A DNA stretch of 64,000 nucleotides from Candidatus Eiseniibacteriota bacterium (GTDB lineage Bacteria > Eisenbacteria > RBG-16-71-46), in contig OY970178.1 of assembly GCA_963707915.1 (NCBI GenBank), positions 2,016,001 through 2,080,000 of the forward strand, given 5' to 3'. A model generated the notes under the pieces. The model was given only the letters and a program-made list of their open reading frames with translations. It was not told the DNA's origin and did not search any database. A program made the translations under genes and the position numbers. Each line of letters opens with the position of its first letter. The first letter of the stretch is position 1. Of this stretch, positions 10,578 to 18,441 are shown piece after piece.

Positions 10578-11977
10578 GCGAGCCGACCCTGCAGGCCGTG
10601 ACCGGCACCGCGGCACCGGCCTGGAAGCCGCAGATCACCGCCATCGTCTGCAACTGGTGCACCTACGCCGGCGCCGACATGGCGGGGACCACGCGGCGCG
10701 AGTACCCGGCGAGCGTGCGCCTGCTGCGCGTGCCGTGCAGCGGGCGGGTGAACCCGCTCTTCATCCTCAAGTCGTTCGAGCAGGGCGCCGACGGCGTGCT
10801 GGTCTCGGGCTGCCACCCCGGCGACTGCCACTACGTGCAGGGGAACTTCTTCGCGCGGCGCCGCTTCGCGGCCTTCCGCTCGCTGCTGCACTTCCTCGGC
10901 GTCGACCCGCGGCGGGTGCACTTCTCCTGGATCTCGGCCTCGGAGGGCATCAAGTGGTCGCGGGTGGTCGGCGACGTGACCCGCGCGGTGACCGAGGCCG
11001 GCCCGCTCGCCGACTGGGGCAAGGTCCGCCCGCAGGCGCCGGTGACGCTGCCCGAGCCGGCCGACCCCAGGCCGCGGCCCGCCGACGCCGAACTGGCGGC
11101 GGTCACCGGCCACGCGCGCGAGCTGGCGGCGTCGCTGCTGCGCGAGGGCAAGGTCGCGTTCGTGCTGGGCTGGACGCCCGGCCCGATCCCCGGCCAGACC
11201 GTCCCCGCCTTCATCCAGCGGCCCGAGGATGCGGCGACCCTGGTGTTCGGCACGGACAGCCACGCCGACCTGGCCGCCTACCTGGCCGGCCCGCGCAAGG
11301 TGGCCGGCAAGGTCGCCGTGCTGGTGAAGGCCTGTGACGCGCGGGCCGCGACGACGCTGCTGGCCGAGGGCCAGCTGGTGCGCGAGGACGTGGTCCTGGT
11401 CGGCGTGTCCTGCCCGGGCATGTGGCGTGACGACCGGCTCGCCTACCGCTGCCACTCCTGCGACGGCGAGGTCGGCGCCCTCTGCGACTTCACCGTGAGC
11501 GCCGCGGGCGTGCAGGCCGGGGCGGTCCGGGGCGACGCGCAGCGGGCCACCGGGCCCGATCCGCGCGACGTCCAGAACACGTACCTCGAGTCCCTGCCCC
11601 CGGCCCAGCGCTGGGCCTTCTGGCAGGAACAGTTCGCCGACTGCGTGCGCTGCTACGCCTGCCGCGCGGTCTGCCCGATGTGCTACTGCGGGACGTGCAT
11701 CTCCGAGCAGCACCGCCCCCAGTGGGTGCCCACCTCGATCGACGGACGAGCCAACACGGCCTGGAACCTGATCCGCGCCTACCACCTGAGCGGCCGCTGC
11801 GCGGGCTGCGACGAGTGCGAGCGCGTCTGCCCGGCCAACATCCGCCTCGACCTGATCAACCGGCGACTGGCGCTGGAGCTCGAGCAGCGCTTCGACTATC
11901 GCGCGGGGACCGACCCGGAGGGGGCGCCGCCGCTGGCAACCTTCCGGCCGGACGACCCGCAGGAGTTCATCTACTGA
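10574..11977 (+). CDS. flxCD: MvhD/FlxD [2Fe-2S] domain fused to FlxC-like 4Fe-4S protein
   Basis: CNWCTYAGAD, RVPCSGRV, SGCHPGDCHY (MvhD), then CVRCYACRAVCPMCYC and HLSGRCAGCDECERVCP; ATGA overlap with hdrA. Confidence 0.85.
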   Translation: MSEPTLQAVTGTAAPAWKPQITAIVCNWCTYAGADMAGTTRREYPASVRLLRVPCSGRVNPLFILKSFEQGADGVLVSGCHPGDCHYVQGNFFARRRFAAFRSLLHFLGVDPRRVHFSWISASEGIKWSRVVGDVTRAVTEAGPLADWGKVRPQAPVTLPEPADPRPRPADAELAAVTGHARELAASLLREGKVAFVLGWTPGPIPGQTVPAFIQRPEDAATLVFGTDSHADLAAYLAGPRKVAGKVAVLVKACDARAATTLLAEGQLVREDVVLVGVSCPGMWRDDRLAYRCHSCDGEVGALCDFTVSAAGVQAGAVRGDAQRATGPDPRDVQNTYLESLPPAQRWAFWQEQFADCVRCYACRAVCPMCYCGTCISEQHRPQWVPTSIDGRANTAWNLIRAYHLSGRCAGCDECERVCPANIRLDLINRRLALELEQRFDYRAGTDPEGAPPLATFRPDDPQEFIY

Positions 11978-13047
11978 TGAGCACGCCGTCGGAAGGACCG
12001 ACCCATCGCCTCGGGCAGGACCAGCTGGCGTCGTGGCTGGACGCGCTGATCGCCGAGCGCAGGCGCGTCTACGCGCCGGTGCTGCGGCGCGGGCTGCGGG
12101 TGCTGCGCGTGGTGGACCGGGCGCAGGACGCGGACCTCGCGCCCGGCCGGACCCGCTGGTCGCCCAAGGAGGCCCTGTTCCCGCGCACCGAGACGTTGTT
12201 CTCCTACGAGAACGGCAACGGGACGCCGGTGCTCACCGACCCGCCGGCGGACGACGTCGCGCAGGTCCTGTTCGGCGTGCAGCCCTGCGACGCCGCGGGG
12301 CTGGTGCGGCTCGACGCCATCCTGCTCCAGGACCCGTTCTACGCGCGGCGCCGCGAGCTCACCACGGTGGTCGCCATCGCCTGCTCCGAGGCCGCTCCCG
12401 AGTGCTTCTGCACCGCGGTCGGCGGGTCGCCCGCGGGCGAGGAGGGCGTGGACGTCCTGCTGGCGCCGCACGAGGGGGGCTGGCTGGTCCGCGCGCTGAG
12501 CCCGAAGGGCGAGGCCCTGCTCGCCCCGCGGCGGGGCGACTGGCCGTCGGCCGCCGCGGGCGCGTGGGCGTCGGCCCTCCAGCAGGCGGGCCGGGTGGCC
12601 GCGGGCATGGACCGCCGCGAGATCCCGGCGGAGTGGGCCGCGACGCTCGAGCAGAGCTTCGACGACCCGCGCTGGGAGGCGCTCGCCCGCCGCTGCGTCG
12701 GCTGCAGCATCTGCGCCTACGTCTGCCCGTCGTGCTCCTGCTTCGACGTGGCCGACGAGGGCAGCGACGCCTGCGGCACGCGCTGCCGGACCTGGGACAG
12801 CTGCTCGTTCCGAATGTTCACGCTGCACGGCTCGGGGCACAACCCCCGGCCCGCCCAGGCCGAGCGGTCGCGCCAGCGCGTGCTGCACAAGTTCGCGTTC
12901 TACCCGCTGCAGCACGGCGGCCGGGCGATGTGCGTCGGCTGCGGCCGCTGCATCCGGTCCTGTCCCGTGGGGATGGACATCCACGCGGAGGTCGTCGAGG
13001 TGATGTCCGGGAGACCGGAGAAGGAGTCGAAGGATGTCGAACGCTGA
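11977..13047 (+). CDS. flxB: FlxB-like (AsrA/sulfhydrogenase beta-like) 4Fe-4S protein
   Basis: SPKEALFP, GVQPCD, CVGCSICAYVCPSCSCF, RTWDSC, CVGCGRCIRSCP; TGATG coupling. Confidence 0.85.
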   Translation: MSTPSEGPTHRLGQDQLASWLDALIAERRRVYAPVLRRGLRVLRVVDRAQDADLAPGRTRWSPKEALFPRTETLFSYENGNGTPVLTDPPADDVAQVLFGVQPCDAAGLVRLDAILLQDPFYARRRELTTVVAIACSEAAPECFCTAVGGSPAGEEGVDVLLAPHEGGWLVRALSPKGEALLAPRRGDWPSAAAGAWASALQQAGRVAAGMDRREIPAEWAATLEQSFDDPRWEALARRCVGCSICAYVCPSCSCFDVADEGSDACGTRCRTWDSCSFRMFTLHGSGHNPRPAQAERSRQRVLHKFAFYPLQHGGRAMCVGCGRCIRSCPVGMDIHAEVVEVMSGRPEKESKDVER

Positions 13048-13921
13048 GACCGTGGCCGGACCGGCGCGCGCCGCCGGCGCACAGGCCGGGCCGCTCGAGA
13101 GCCCGCTCAAGCCGCGCCTGATGCGCATCGTCGAAGCCTGGGACGAGACGCCGGACGTGCGCAGCCTGCGGCTCCAGCCGGTCGACGACGGCCCGCCGGT
13201 GCGCTGGCTGCCCGGGCAGTTCGGCGAGTTCTCGGTGTTCGGAGCGGGCGAGGCGGTCTTCACCATGGCGAACTCACCGTCGCGCGGGGACTTCGTCGAA
13301 TGCGGCTTCCGCGCGCTGGGCAAGGTGACCTGGGCGCTGCGCGACCTGGCGGTGGGCCAGGTGATCGGCTATCGCGGCCCCTACGGGAACTCCTTCCCCG
13401 TCGACTCGTGGCGCGGCAAGGACCTGGTCTTCGTCGGCGGCGGCATCGGCACGGTCGCGCTGCGCGCGCCGCTGCAGTGGGTGCTCGACCACCGCGACGA
13501 CTTCGGCGAGGTCGTGGTGCTGAACGGCGCCCGCAGCGTCGCCGACCTCTGCTACCAGCAGGAGATGCCGGCCTGGGCGGAGGTGCCGGGGGTCCGCGTG
13601 GTACGGACGGTCGACCCGGGCGGCGAGACCCCGGAGTGGGACGGCGAGGTCGGCCTGCTGCCGACGGTGTTCGAGCGGCTGGGCCTGGCGCCGGGCCGCC
13701 GCGTCGTCGTCACCTGCGGCCCGCCCATCATGCTGCACTACCTGTTCCAGTCGCTCGAGAAGCTGCAATTCCCGCCGGACGACGTGGTGACCACGCTCGA
13801 GAACAAGATGAAGTGCGGTCTCGGGCTGTGCGGCCGCTGCAACGTCGGGCGCCTGTTCGTGTGCGTGGACGGTCCCGTGTTCACCTGGGCCCGCCTCAAG
13901 ACCCTGCCCAGGGACTACTAG
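13034..13921 (+). CDS. flxA: FlxA-like FAD/NAD(P)H-binding [2Fe-2S] subunit
   Basis: PGQF, RGPYGN, GGGIG, CGPPIM, MKCGLGLCGRC...VCVDGPVF. Confidence 0.88.
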   Translation: MSNAETVAGPARAAGAQAGPLESPLKPRLMRIVEAWDETPDVRSLRLQPVDDGPPVRWLPGQFGEFSVFGAGEAVFTMANSPSRGDFVECGFRALGKVTWALRDLAVGQVIGYRGPYGNSFPVDSWRGKDLVFVGGGIGTVALRAPLQWVLDHRDDFGEVVVLNGARSVADLCYQQEMPAWAEVPGVRVVRTVDPGGETPEWDGEVGLLPTVFERLGLAPGRRVVVTCGPPIMLHYLFQSLEKLQFPPDDVVTTLENKMKCGLGLCGRCNVGRLFVCVDGPVFTWARLKTLPRDY

Positions 13922-13933
13922 GAGAGGAGAGTC

Positions 13934-14833
13934 ATGCGCTTGGCCCGCGAGTTGGAGGAGGAGCTCGGCTCGGAGCACTGGACCGAGGAGGTGCTCGAGG
14001 AGGCGCTCTCGCACCCCACCGAGGAGTTCCTGCGGAAGGACCGGCTCCCCCACATCTGGTGCCCGGGGTGCGGCATCGGGGTGACGACCAACGCGTTCGT
14101 GCAGGCGCTGACCGAGGCCGGCGTGGACCGCGACAAGCTGGTCGTGGTCTCGGGCATCGGCTGCACCGGCCGCGTGTCGGGCTACATGGACTGCGACACC
14201 TTCCACACCACGCACGGCCGCGCCATCCCCTACGCGCTCGGCCTGCACATGACCAACCCGGACCTCAAGATCGTGGTGGTGAGCGGGGACGGCGACCTCC
14301 TGTCGATCGGCGGCAACCACCTGATCCACGCCGCGCGCCGCAACCCCAACATCACCGTCATCTGCGTGAACAACTTCAACTACGGCATGACCGGCGGCCA
14401 GTGCGGGCCCACCAGCCAGCACGACGCCCGCACCGTCACCACGCCGTTCGGCAACATGGAGTACCCGTTCAACGTGCCCCTGCTGATCGGCTCGGCCGGC
14501 GCGACCTACCTGGCCCGCTGGACGGTGCTCGACCTGGGCCGGGTGCGCCGCTCGATGGTGGAGGCGCTCCAGCACAAGGGGTTCGCCTTCGTCGAGGTCG
14601 TCTCCCCGTGCCCGATCTACTACGTCCGCTTCAACAAGCGCGGCGAGGCCGTGGACGAGCTGCGCTACTACCGGGACCACTCCGAGGTGAAGGACTTCGC
14701 TCCGCTCGAGGAGTGCGACCTGACCCTCGGCGGGAAGATCGTGGTCGGCAAGTTCATCGACAAGCAGCGGCCCACCCTGTACGACCTGCTGATGCGTGAC
14801 CAGATCCAGAAGGCCCAGGCCCGGAAGAAATAG
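13934..14833 (+). CDS. korB: 2-oxoacid:ferredoxin oxidoreductase beta (TPP-binding) subunit
   Basis: WCPGCG, SGIGCTGR, HTTHGRA, GDGD...NNFNYGMTGGQ, SPCP. Confidence 0.93.
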   Translation: MRLARELEEELGSEHWTEEVLEEALSHPTEEFLRKDRLPHIWCPGCGIGVTTNAFVQALTEAGVDRDKLVVVSGIGCTGRVSGYMDCDTFHTTHGRAIPYALGLHMTNPDLKIVVVSGDGDLLSIGGNHLIHAARRNPNITVICVNNFNYGMTGGQCGPTSQHDARTVTTPFGNMEYPFNVPLLIGSAGATYLARWTVLDLGRVRRSMVEALQHKGFAFVEVVSPCPIYYVRFNKRGEAVDELRYYRDHSEVKDFAPLEECDLTLGGKIVVGKFIDKQRPTLYDLLMRDQIQKAQARKK

Positions 14834-14842
14834 GAGTCGGCG

Positions 14843-15412
14843 ATGAGCGCGAAGAAGAACCACATCGAGGTGCGGCTGAGCGGCTTCGGCGGCCAGGGCC
14901 TGGTGCTCGCGGGGATCGTGCTCGGGCGCGCGGCGGCCGTCCACGAGCGCCGCAACGCGGTCATGGCCCAGAGCTACGGGCCCGAGTCGCGGGGCGGCGC
15001 GTCCTGCGCCGAGGTCATCATCGACGACGGGGACATCGACTACCCGCACGTCATCGCTCCCGACGTCGTGCTGGTGCTCTCGCAGGAGGCCTACGCCAGG
15101 TACGGGAAGACCCGCGCGCCCGGCGTGCTGATGATCGCCGAGAAGGACATCGTCCAGCTCGACCCCGCCGCCGAGGCGGGTCGCCGGTCGATGCGCGTGC
15201 CGTTCACCGCGCTCGCCGAGAAAGTCGGGCGCCGCATCGTGCTGAACATGGTCGCGCTCGGCTTCCTGTGCCGCGCGACCGGCGTGGTCAGCCGCGAGGC
15301 CCTGCGGGAGGCGATCAAGGCGTCGGTGCCGCGCGGCACGGACGAGTTGAACCTGCGCGCCTTCGACGCCGGGCACGAGTACACCGAAGGCCTGGTGGAG
15401 GCCGCGCGATGA
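14843..15412 (+). CDS. korC: 2-oxoacid:ferredoxin oxidoreductase gamma subunit
   Basis: RLSGFGGQG, QSYGPESRGG, NMVALG, NLRAFDAG. Confidence 0.92.
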   Translation: MSAKKNHIEVRLSGFGGQGLVLAGIVLGRAAAVHERRNAVMAQSYGPESRGGASCAEVIIDDGDIDYPHVIAPDVVLVLSQEAYARYGKTRAPGVLMIAEKDIVQLDPAAEAGRRSMRVPFTALAEKVGRRIVLNMVALGFLCRATGVVSREALREAIKASVPRGTDELNLRAFDAGHEYTEGLVEAAR

Positions 15413-16785
15413 CGCAGCCGGCCCTCGCGCCCGGCCACGAGGCCACCGACCACGAGGCGGTGGACCGGCCGATCCGCGAGATCGAGCGCAAGAGCGAGCA
15501 GAACCTCTGGGCCTGCTACCAGTGCGGCCGCTGCACCGCGGACTGCCCGTTCTCGCTGACGCCGAGCCTGGCGGTGCGGCTCCTGCAACTCGGGCAGCTG
15601 GAGGCCGCGCGCAGCCTGGCCACGACCTGGGACTGCGCGAGCTGCTACTCCTGCCAGACCGGGTGCCCGAAGGGCGTCAGCCCGGCGCGGGTGATGAAGG
15701 CACTGCGCGCGCTCGACGGCGGGCAGATGCCCGCGGTCTTCACGCAGCCTGCCGAGCTGCTGGGCCGCAACGGCGACCCGCTCCCGCTCTCCGCGCGCCG
15801 GCCCCGCTGGACGCCGCGCGCCGGCCTCGCCGCGTGGACCCGGCGGATGCGCGCCCGCGCGCTGGCCTCGATGCCCCTGGCGTTCCCGCTGATGAGCGCG
15901 GTCGCGCCGCTCAGCAACCGGATGATGAAGCTGCCCGGCGCGCGGCAACTCGCCCACCTGGTCCTGGGCGTGCACCGCGACCGCAAGCTCCCCACCTTCG
16001 CCGCCCGCTCGTTCCCGGCCTGGTTCGCGACCCACCCGCCGCTCGGCGACGGCCGTCGCGGCGCCGTGATCCTGTTCCACGACGAGTTCATGGACTACAA
16101 CTACCCCCAGACCGGCATCGCGGTGACCGAGATCCTCGAGCGCGCCGGCTACCGGGTCGAGCTGTTCCGCGGCGCCTGCTGCGGCCGGCCGATGATCTCG
16201 AAGGGACTCGAGGAGGGCGCCTCCGCCTGCGCCGTGAAGAACGTCCCCATCCTGCACGAGGCGGCCAGCCGCGGCGCGTACATCGTGGGCTGCGAGCCGT
16301 CCTGCCTGCTCACACTCCGCGACGAGTACCTGCACCTCGTGCCGCAGGGCCTCGAGGCGCAGGCCCGGGCGGTCGCCCGCCAGGCGTTCCTGATCGACGA
16401 GTTCCTGGTCATGCTCCACGCGAAGGGCGAGCTCGAGCTCACCTTCCGCGCACCCGACACGCTGCGGCCCGTGCTGTTCCACGGGCACTGCCACCAGAAG
16501 GCCTTCGCGGACGCGTCGAAGAGCGTCGCACTGCTGGAGCTCGCCGGCTACGACGTGGAGTTCGTCAACGCGGCGTGCTGCGGCATGGCGGGCCTGCACG
16601 GCTTCGAGAAGCGGCATTTCGAGGCCTCGCGCGCTGCCTGCGAGCGCTCGGTGCTCCCGGCGGTACGTTCGCGGCCCGACGCCGACCTCGTCATCATGGG
16701 TGTGTCCTGCCGCCAGCAGATGGAGCAGTTCACCGAGCGCCCGGTCCGCCACCTCGTCGAGGCCGTGCGCGACGCCCTCGCCTGA
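15409..16785 (+). CDS. Fe-S oxidoreductase: HdrC-like N-terminus plus two CCG domains (HdrD/GlpC-like)
   Basis: CYQCGRCTADCP, WDCASCYSCQTGCP, then GACCG...CEPSC and HGHCHQ...ACCGMAG...GVSC; ATGA overlap with korC. Confidence 0.85.
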   Translation: MTQPALAPGHEATDHEAVDRPIREIERKSEQNLWACYQCGRCTADCPFSLTPSLAVRLLQLGQLEAARSLATTWDCASCYSCQTGCPKGVSPARVMKALRALDGGQMPAVFTQPAELLGRNGDPLPLSARRPRWTPRAGLAAWTRRMRARALASMPLAFPLMSAVAPLSNRMMKLPGARQLAHLVLGVHRDRKLPTFAARSFPAWFATHPPLGDGRRGAVILFHDEFMDYNYPQTGIAVTEILERAGYRVELFRGACCGRPMISKGLEEGASACAVKNVPILHEAASRGAYIVGCEPSCLLTLRDEYLHLVPQGLEAQARAVARQAFLIDEFLVMLHAKGELELTFRAPDTLRPVLFHGHCHQKAFADASKSVALLELAGYDVEFVNAACCGMAGLHGFEKRHFEASRAACERSVLPAVRSRPDADLVIMGVSCRQQMEQFTERPVRHLVEAVRDALA

Positions 16786-16801
16786 TCCGCCGCGGCGACC
16801 G

Positions 16802-17254
16802 TCAGCCGGACGGGCGCCGCGGCGCGTGGATCGCGCGGTCGAGGGCCTGCAGGAAGCGCGAACGGTCCCGCGGGTCGAACGGCGGCGGACCGCCCGCCTC
16901 GATCCCGGCGCCGCGCATCTCGGCGAGCAGGTTCCGCGTCGCCAGCGCATCGCCGATGTTCGCCTCGGTGAAGGGCCGGCCGGTCGTGCCCAGCACGCCG
17001 GCGCCGGCGGCGAGGCAGCGGGCGGCGAGCGGGATGTCCGCCGTGACCACCAGGTCGCCGGGCGCGACCCGCGCCGCGATCCAGTCGTCCGCCGCGTCGA
17101 ACCCCCTGTCCACGACCTCGAGCACGACGTCCGGACCGCCCGGGACCCGCATCCAGGAGCCCGCCACGAAGGTCACCCCGAGGCCGTAGCGCTGCGCGAC
17201 CCGGACGACCTCCGGCTTCACCGGGCAGGCGTCGGCGTCAACGTAGATGCGCAC
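16802..17254 (-). CDS. yaiI: YaiI/YqxD (UPF0178) family protein
   Basis: IYVDADACPVK, DAADDWI, DLVVTADIPLA, GGPPPF..RDR.RF. Confidence 0.9.
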   Translation of the reverse strand: MRIYVDADACPVKPEVVRVAQRYGLGVTFVAGSWMRVPGGPDVVLEVVDRGFDAADDWIAARVAPGDLVVTADIPLAARCLAAGAGVLGTTGRPFTEANIGDALATRNLLAEMRGAGIEAGGPPPFDPRDRSRFLQALDRAIHAPRRPSG

Positions 17255-17318
17255 CGCCCTGCCCTCCCGGGTCCGGGATCCGGCCGCCGCCCGGCCCCGC
17301 GACGCTCCCCCGCATCCC

Positions 17319-18242
17319 TCAGGCCGGCGCGTCGAGCGACCGAGCCGCCTCGCGCAGCACCTCGGCCGAGCGCAGCAGGTCCGCCCGCTCCGCGTCCGTC
17401 ATCCCGGGCTCGAGCACGTGCTCGGCCCCGGTGGGGCTCACCACCGTCGGCAGCGACAGCGCCACGTCGCTGAGCCCCAGCGCGCCCTCCTGGACCCGCG
17501 CCACCGTCAGCACGCGCCGGGCACCCCGCAGCATCCACTTGATCAGCGTCGCGGTGACCAGCCCGATGGCGTGGGTGGTCGCCCCCTTGCGCCGGATGAC
17601 CTCGAGGCCGGCGCCGCGGACCTCCTCGGTCACCCGCGCCTCGCGCGCGGCGTCCCAGCCGGGCCAATCGCGCAGCGGCAGGCCGCCCACCCGCACGCCC
17701 GACCACAGCACCACCTCGGTCGCGCCGTGCTCGCCGATGACCTGGCCGTGGATCGAGCGCGGGTCGAGGTCGAGCTCGCGCCCCAGCACCTGCCGCAGCC
17801 GCGCGGAGTCGAGCATCGTGCCGGTGCCGATCACGCGCGCGGGCGGGAAGCCGGTGGCCCGCGTCATCACCAGCGTCATGACGTCCACCGGGTTCGTCAC
17901 CACGACCACGATGCCGCGCCCGCCGCGCAACTGCCGGCCGATGTCGGTCACGATGCCCGCGTTGGTCGCCAGCAACTGGAGCCGCGACTGCCCCGGGGCG
18001 CGGCCGACGCCCGCCGTGACCACCACCGCGTCGCAATCGAGCATGTCCGCGATGGTGCCCGCGCGCACCCGCGCCGTGGGATAGAACGCCGAGCCCTGGA
18101 GGAGGTCCATGGCCTCGCCCTCGGCGACGTCCGGTCGCGCGTCGTGCAGGACCAGCTCGCCCGCCGCGCCGAAGTGGAGCAGCGACAGGGCGACGCTCAC
18201 GCCGACGCCGCCGGTACCGATGATGCCGACCTTCACGCGCAT
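17319..18242 (-). CDS. ldh: L-lactate dehydrogenase (LDH/MDH family)
   Basis: GIIGTGGVG, VVVTAG, SRLQL, VTNPVD, GTGTMLDSARLR, GEHG. Confidence 0.85.
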   Translation of the reverse strand: MRVKVGIIGTGGVGVSVALSLLHFGAAGELVLHDARPDVAEGEAMDLLQGSAFYPTARVRAGTIADMLDCDAVVVTAGVGRAPGQSRLQLLATNAGIVTDIGRQLRGGRGIVVVVTNPVDVMTLVMTRATGFPPARVIGTGTMLDSARLRQVLGRELDLDPRSIHGQVIGEHGATEVVLWSGVRVGGLPLRDWPGWDAAREARVTEEVRGAGLEVIRRKGATTHAIGLVTATLIKWMLRGARRVLTVARVQEGALGLSDVALSLPTVVSPTGAEHVLEPGMTDAERADLLRSAEVLREAARSLDAPA

Positions 18243-18441
18243 GGCTGGCTCCCCATCCGGTCGAGGTGTGCGGGCACGTCCGGCCGGGAACATAGCCCAG
18301 AACCCCGGTCGCCGCCGATCCGCCGCTCCCGGGCCCGCCCGCCGGCGGCCGGCGCGCCGCGCGGCCCCAAGCCCGACGGCCACCCGGGTGGGTGGCCGTC
18401 GGCAGGTCGGGACCGGTGCCCCGGCTCGGGGGCGGTCCGCG

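Noticed and set aside
8571..11977. Selenocysteine recoding in HdrA or MvhD
   Set aside because: No in-frame TGA; all motif positions are Cys.
10574..13921. Hydrogenase or anaerobic sulfite reductase call for the MvhD/AsrA/AsrB-like genes
   Set aside because: No NiFe or FeFe catalytic subunit and no siroheme AsrC; the context with hdrA fits Flx.
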